Source of the DNA: Capitella teleta
Taxonomy: Eukaryota
Length of the DNA: 64,000 nucleotides
Direction: 5' to 3'
Assembly: GCA_000328365.1 (NCBI GenBank)
Contig: KB303236.1
Span: forward strand, 129,538-193,537
The translations under genes were made by a program, and so were the position numbers. The notes under the pieces were generated by a model. The model had not been told where the DNA came from. It was given only the letters and a program-made list of their open reading frames with translations, and ran no database searches. Of the stretch, positions 57,255 through 64,000 are shown piece by piece. Numbering within the stretch: position 1 is the stretch's first letter; each line of letters opens with the position of its first letter.

Positions 57255-60200
57255 GCCTGACTGGTGGCAAAATGATTATTCTATCTATTTCCGAAAAGAA
57301 AATAAAAAAATATCCAGGGGTTTAGTCGCAGGACACGCTGATATGACGAGGCCCATTGTAAAAGATGGGGAACTCGGTGACGTCATGCCTAATTAGCAAT
57401 ATATCTCCCACGAAATCGTTAGGGATGATATTCATTGTGTGGGCCAGGCATAAGAATCATTTTTGGTGCATCAAATAACGACTAAAAATCAATTTTTAAC
57501 CAGTTCTCCCTCCCTCGAACAGGCACACAACAACAGCTCGCATGTATAATTACAGCAACCTATATACCCGATAAACACCGTAGAACATCGTTAATAGTGT
57601 GCTGTGTGCATTTGTCATAAGATTTTATTATCTTTTATTTGAAAAAAATGTAAAATTAAAATATTTCATTTCTGAGGGGTGTGTTCGTTGTTCGCGTTTC
57701 GGTGTGTTCGCTGCTCAGGAGTGATTTCCTATTGGTTAACATGGGAGTGAGTTGCGTCCAAAGAAAAGCGAGAGGACTGTTCGCTAGAGGTGTGTTCGTT
57801 AGTCGCAGGTACTACTGTACAGGAAGAATACTCTATGCTAATTTAATATCCCCTTTTGGGAGCCCTTTTGGGGAGTAACACCCCAAAATGTACGATTGCT
57901 GCTTCTGTCTGAACCTGAATTCCAAATTCCTTCACTCATTAGCGAAAAAAGGGCAGGGCGTTCGCATTAATTTTATAGACCTATATATACAGAGTGGGCC
58001 ATAAGTAGTCTACCTACCATCTACCTACCATGTTATGGTCTATCTACCATGTTAAAAACAAAGCTCTAAAATTTGCTAAAATGTATCAATTATTCAAAGA
58101 AATAACCACCTGGTATAGATTGACTATGTTATTCTGCGCCCATTAATACCAAGAGATCGAATAAAAAGGCATTTTGAATGAGGGACGAAGATTTAAATGC
58201 AAGTGACGTATGATCGCGAAGAGAGCTGAATCAGATGAGCCCCTGAACGAGCATAATTATTGGATTGTCCTTTGTTGCAGGGCGCTTCAATACAAACTGT
58301 CTGCATGCTTCGATTTAAAAAAATAAATATGAGTGAACAGGAGAAGTTTCCTCGCCAGAATAATTAAAATATTGTGACAACATGCACATCGTTTTACAAT
58401 TTACAGGACATAGCAGGCCCGTAGCCAAGGGGTGGTCGAAGGGGTCGAACGATCCCGCCCCTTCCCCCTCCGAAGTTGGAGGTCGACATTTTCAGGAAAA
58501 AGATGTATTATTGCATACAATATTGCTGAATTATGTTATCACAGTTACAATGGTGAATTACGCACTCACGAGAACATTCTAACACATGAACCGTGCCCCT
58601 TGACTTGCCAACTTCAGCAAGCATTTATAATTTGAGCTGTTGCATGCTTTTGCCAGGTCCCCTTGCCGCTGCCAACAGCCACTTCTACAAGGGTTATACG
58701 GAACCAATAAACTCACGACCCCATATCAGCGAATCGATTGAATTCGTTGTATTTGGACAGCACCAGTAGAACTACAGCAGCGATGCCACCACAGGCTGGG
58801 AAGCAAAATATCAAGCAGAAGCTAATCTGCTAATAGTATATAATAGTATATAGCTAATACCACAGACGACACCGAAAGTGAGTTAGTATTAATTTTCCTT
58901 TCTTTATTTGTAGCATATACCCAGGTCTGGGTCAGCTACCACTTCTCTGTGTTGTTACCTTTTTTGGAAATAATAAATTATCTATCTATCTAACTGTCTT
59001 TTGACTGGCATCACAAGTTTCGAGTTTGTTGTGAACGTATGACGTTCATGACTATGGACTAAAATCTTTCACACCTCGCTTATATATGCTATAACGATCG
59101 GTTTTCAGGAGAGGTCAATTGGGTTGAAGCGAATACTGAGGTGAAAGAAAAGACTGATTTATATAAGAGATTACGTAATGATATTGATTCCTATGATAAA
59201 AGCGACGTATCTTCAGGGTTAAAGAGGACATCTGTTCATTTCGGAACCTCTTTAGATCAATCTCATTGATTTTTATGAATGTGAAGAGACCAATTTGGAA
59301 ACGATCTTTGGAAACGATCGATCTTCTATGAACAAAATTCAAGGCCAAGTTAAATGCGATTTCTTCTCCGACTCAGAATAAAAGCTCAAAAACGAGATTT
59401 GCGAGAACTTGAGATTTCTTCAGAGCTCCCAAAAGAGCTGTTGCTATTGTGAACAATAGGAGAATTCCGTCGGTGACATCACACTCGAATGAAATTGAAC
59501 ACAGGGAAAATCGAGAAATTAACCTGCTCAAATTCGATATAATTATCAAGGAATTAGTCCATACCATGAGTAGGTGTATATAATGTATTGAAATGTGTCG
59601 GTCAAAAGGCGTATTTGTTATTTGTATCTGAGCACCCTCTCTACCAAGATGGTTAATAATTGATATCTTATACACACATATTATTATTATTATTATTTTT
59701 TTTTTTTTTTTTTTTTTTTTACAACAGCATATAACATGTAACATGTAAATGGTGTCTCAGAAACACTTTCACAAATTAATACCATTATTTTCTTACATTT
59801 CCCGAAAACAGCTCTGCACATGAACGCCTAACCTACATCAATTGGTTTCTGTTATTGAGGTATATATGTTTTACCTTAATATTCTGATAAATTGCACAAT
59901 TTCATTGTAGTAAATAATTATGAAACGTGAAAAATTGAGACTCTGACTACAAATTTTTTAAAGATACGTACAAACTTTGTAAGTTAGAACTTTGTAAAAA
60001 CCTCTAAAGCTTCGCAGTTTTTTCAACATTTTCTTCAAATTTGAGTCTCAAAGATTGCTATTATTGCACCCCAAACACAAAAAAAAAAAAAAAAAAAAAA
60101 AAATTACTAGTATCACACCAAAGGTTCGATTCTGATTTGATTTTCTTTAAAGCAGTGGAGAGATATTTCTTTAATTGGTAATTAGCCTGATATGCTTTCA

Positions 60201-60499
60201 AGCATTCAATTAAATATGTTTATTATTACATTTATACCGTGCGAAATTATAGTAATGCAAAATTGTTATTGTTTCAAATATAAGATACGAGGCCATGCAA
60301 AGTGACACGGACTGATTGCTCGCATTAACGCGTTGTGAAGGGATATATCATTTGACCTTTAGGCTTCTTGCATGATGAAATATAACCAACATTTTGTTGT
60401 GCAATACCAAGTAATACTTGTCAGCAGAAGAAATCCTATGCTTGTCTGTATTTAACATTCAAGGCTGACTATCATATCAGAATCCAGACAAAAATTAAA

Positions 60500-62130
60500 C
60501 GAACTTATATTAATAATAATAATAATGATTTATTTTATAACGCGTAAAATCCAAAAAAGTTCTAAACGCGACAGAATTATAAAAGCAATGGTGACAAATA
60601 AAATGCATATTCAAGTTAATATAAAATACATCAGATCTCATTATTAAAAAGATTTTTAGGTTTTCAGCGATTTCTTAAAATCATCAATTTCCTCGATCAA
60701 TCAATCGGATGCGGGTGGGAAGAAAGTTCCATAGTCTAGGCCAGCGATGGAAAAACATTGATTACAGAGAAATGCAGATGCAGTGAATGGCACGTCTAGA
60801 ATATTCGTGGTATGTGATCAGAGGGACTGTTGCGATCTCCATTGGCACAGGGGCCGCAAATAAGATAGACCAATGCTGTGAACGGATTTCAATACAGTTA
60901 ACATGGCCTTGAACCTTGACCTCTTTATAACCGTTAACCAATGTAGTTCTTTTAGGGGTTAAATATGCTGGAATCTCTGCGTGCCAGTAACAAGACGTGA
61001 AACCGCATTCTGAATGCTCTGCAGTCTTCTGAGAACTCGGTCTGGGGCTCCAAGTAGGAGGGCATGACAGTAGTCCACCCGACTTGTGATGAAGGCATGT
61101 ACGAGTGTCTCGAGGGATTTCTTGTCCAGAAAACGTCTGATTTGACTGAGAGATTTGATTTGAGCAAAGGATGCTCGTACAACGTTTGTTACATGCGCAT
61201 CAAAGGACATGTCGTGGGTCATGGTGACACCGAGCTTCTTCACAGCCGAGTTGCTTGGTCGAATTTGCTCGTCTCCAATCGACAGGAGGCGTTGGATGTT
61301 GTCATCCTCTGCAAGATTTTTCTTGGCGATTAGAATACATGTACATTCCGTCTTGGCACAGTTCATTTTAAAGTCGAAATTGACCCATCCATTTCTGGAT
61401 ATCGTCGAGGCATGCTTCAATGCATCTGAAACCGTCTTGTAAGCGCTGTGGTTCACATGATATCCAAAATTGCGTGTCATCTGCAGAGCAGTGAAATTCA
61501 ATTTCATGGTGTCGAATGAGATGTCCGAGGGAGGCAGTGTATAAAGTAAAAAGAATGGGGCCCAGCACAGAGCCCTGGGGGACACCGTGCTTTGTCTCAG
61601 TTGAGGGGGATTTTGCGCTGGCTGTCTTGACGCTCTGCTTTCGATGTTGTAGGTATATGAAGTGAACCGTGCAGCTGCGGTGTCCATGATGCCGAGACGG
61701 TTGCAATATTGCGAGATCGACAGTGTCGAAAGCAGCTGATAATTCCACTTCCCATTTCATGGATGACTCTGTCGAAAACATGGACCAGAGCGGTTTCTGT
61801 ACTATGACCCGGGCGGTAGGCAGATTGGTGATTTTCAAGGAGATTATTGTTCGAGAGATGTTTGTTGAGTTGGGAAGCGACCACGTTTTCGATAAGCTTA
61901 GAGATCAAACTCAGATTGGCGATGGGTCGATAGTTACTCATGTCTTCAGAGTCGAGCATGGGCTTTTTCAATAAGGGGCGGATTAAGGACTCTTTGCATG
62001 GCGTCGGGAAGACACCAGATGAGAGCAATAGATTTATAATGCGGATAATGATTGGAATGAGCTTCTCTGCTCCTAACTTGGTCAGTTCAGTTGGCATTGG
62101 ATCGAGGTCCCACGTCTTCACATTATATTG
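60500..62130 (-). mobile_element. 5'-truncated non-LTR retrotransposon (CR1/L2-like LINE) ORF2 reverse-transcriptase fragment with frameshifts, plus 3' tail
   Basis: Minus-strand ORFs 61597..62121, 61368..61838 and 60959..61687 carry successive RT blocks: FPTPCKESLIRPLLKKP..YRPIANLSLISKLIENVVASQL..QSAYRPGHSTETAL; LSAAFDTVD..GVPQGSVLGPILFTLY..HCSADDTQFW; KLGVTMTHDMSFDAHV..FITSRVDYCHALLLGAP..LQSIQNAVSRLV. A/T-rich tail with (TAA)n at ~60480-60560. Confidence 0.75.
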
Positions 62131-62649
62131 AACTACGAAGAGATGCCCATAATATAAAATTCATTTATGTTTCCATGTATATTACTCTATTGAGATCCAA
62201 TCACCAGAAAAGTGTACAATGTTTACGTTTTTTTCTTTAAAATAATATATATTATGGGTCCAGAGTAAGGCTTATTTCTAGACTCGATCTGGCTCAAGCC
62301 ACCAAGAAATGTGTCAAATACATATAATTTTATTCCTTCTACTTCAAATAGGCTACACAGTACACAGTACCGGTAGCATTTTGTGAATGTGAGAGGTCTG
62401 CGAGAACTTCCTCTTGAGTCTAGAGCATCACTGGGAGATGAAAGACATTGACATCATTTGCTCTGATTCACACAAATTATTACAATATTATTATATATTA
62501 CATATTATTATTATAGTAATTATGACAATACCAATTTGAGGCGTTTTACATTAGCCTCATTTGCCTATAGGCAAATGAGACTCATGTATATAATATGTAT
62601 TAATTGCACTTAACCCAATATGAAACAATACTATGTTATACAGGTCGTA

Positions 62650-62860
62650 TATAATTGTAATTCTTCAGTGACTCTGCAGTGCTGCCCAACTGCGTAACAA
62701 GGCCGGGCGCTGTGTATTACTGTCTATGGTGGTATGCAGGATAAAGAACCCTTAGGATGTATCGATAAGAGTAGGGGAAACCCCGGTCCCGGGCCTTCTG
62801 TTCTGGCCCATATCATCCGATTGGTTTGGGTGGAGCCATAAAACCCCATCACGTATCACG
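62650..62860 (+). mobile_element. tRNA-derived SINE, 5'-truncated copy (body only) with ~13-bp target-site duplication TACAGG(T/C)CGTATA
   Basis: Flanks tacaggtcgtata|TAATTGTAATTCTTCAGTGACTCTGCAGTGCTGCCCAACTGCGTAACAAGGCCGGGCGC... and ...GGTGGAGCCATAAAACCCCATCACGTATCACGTA|tacaggccgtataac. 5' truncation with a TSD is the signature of LINE-mediated target-primed reverse transcription. Confidence 0.75.
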
Positions 62861-63087
62861 TATACAGGCCGTATAACAGTGAAAGGAGGGTCGTTTGTGA
62901 GATAGTGGAGCATGAATTGTTATGTGATGAAACCACCAAATTATTAATAGATACGATATGCAATTTAGGGCAATTTTGAGACAGCATGACCTTTTTAAAA
63001 AGGAGAAGCGGAAACATGGTGAACACGCAAACAGTCACCTTCTGAAGGTTATGTGACAATGTCATCCAAGCGTCTTGAGTATTGGTT

Positions 63088-63094
<7 letters not shown>

Positions 63095-63125
<31 letters not shown>
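63095..63125. repeat. poly(A) tract (~40 nt); comparable A/T homopolymers at 29739-29767 (T), 57225-57252 (T), 59692-59720 (T), 60081-60106 (A)
   Basis: Homopolymer runs. ORFs 56971..57270 (poly-K) and 62856..63167 (poly-F) are artefacts. Confidence 0.9.
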
Positions 63126-63128
<3 letters not shown>

Positions 63129-64000
63129 ATAAAAGGTCGCTGACTTAAAACAATTGCGAAATCCCATTATAGTTTAGGCCTATATCCATTACATGTATTA
63201 TTAATCATAATTTCAGTTTGAAATTCGCAATTTTTGTGGAGAATTGAGAAACAGTGCTTCTGTGGAATTACGTGTCTCAATCTGGGAAGTGACAAAATGC
63301 TGAAAATATGTAGCCGAGTAAACCGCAATTGGATTCGTTTTCGTGCGAGGAAGGTGGAGACCCGCAGGCCGCGCAATTCTGTGGCTTCATAAAACATGGT
63401 CCCCCAGACTATCGTACATGCACATGTACAAATAATTAAAATTCTACCTGAATTACAGTGCTTAGTGGTCCACTCTTATGGAACTCACTTCCAGTGAATA
63501 TTCGACGTCAAAACACTTTTTAATGCCACATCAAAGCGTTCTTATTCACACAGTATTAACAGTAATGTATCCCTGATAAATGTTTTATTTCTGTGTGTAC
63601 AGGGCGTTTGAGCTTTTTTCTATGGATGAACGCTTTTACACAATAATTAAAGTTTATTATTATTGTACATAAACGTGGATATGTCTGAGTGCCAATGTGT
63701 TGTTCGAATTAAGTGTGCTTGAATATGACAGAATGTGGAGCTGATGTTTGAGCTAGTGAGGGTTATGGAATATATAATAATTAATAAGATTGTAGATGTA
63801 GGATATTCGTCGTCTGATTGTTACTACATATATAGGCTAATTAATTGAATTTATTGAGACATTTTAACCGATTTCACCAGTATAAACCGGATGCATAGCG
63901 GTTACTTGTTTGGTTACTCAAACTTTCTGCATGGCACGATTGTCCCTCGCGTGTGACCTATTTGGTGAACCTTTGACCTATTTGGTGAACCTTTGACCTA

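Noticed and set aside
56971-57270. ORF 56971..57270 with a poly-Lys tract, and ORF 62856..63167 with poly-Phe
   Set aside because: They read through poly(A)/poly(T) homopolymer tracts.

Overview
This is eukaryotic (metazoan) nuclear DNA. It has spliceosomal introns with GT..AG borders, AATAAA polyA signals, microsatellites, minisatellites, tRNA-derived SINEs, a LINE reverse-transcriptase fragment and DNA-transposon MITEs. It has no prokaryotic operon structure. The taxon cannot be fixed from the sequence; the protein similarities only say animal, probably an invertebrate.

Four conserved protein-coding genes can be modelled. (1) A WDR77/MEP50-like WD40 gene on the minus strand at ~1937-3974, with 7 resolved coding exons and the 5' exon(s) unresolved. 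(2) An SLC35B3-like nucleotide-sugar/PAPS transporter on the plus strand at 20233-~21943, with 9 exons. (3) A complete acetyl-CoA carboxylase gene on the plus strand (ACACA-like; BC, BCCP and CT domains). Its CDS runs 24760-43322 in 33 coding exons. The exons sum to 7107 nt, giving 2368 aa, and the reading frame closes. Intron 1 is 7 kb. A conserved AMPK-site-like SMSG motif and the EVMKM biotinylation motif are both present. (4) An intronless gene for a secreted LRR protein (LRRNT, ~12 LRRs, LRRCT) with an extremely acidic Asp/Glu/Tyr-rich tail, on the minus strand at 44303-45877.

The rest of the window is a repeat landscape: a tRNA-derived SINE family with 6 copies, three of them showing clean target-site duplications; a 3.35 kb long-TIR/foldback element carrying one SINE copy and a gag-like ORF; an hAT-type MITE with an 8-bp TSD; an LTR-retrotransposon gag-integrase remnant; a frameshifted SWIM zinc-finger plus YqaJ-exonuclease-like pseudogene; a CR1/L2-like LINE RT fragment; and several microsatellites and minisatellites.

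Coordinates were derived by hand from the printed sequence and anchored to the supplied ORF track where possible. Individual splice boundaries may be off by 1-2 nt, and occasionally by up to 10 nt where I had to count lines.
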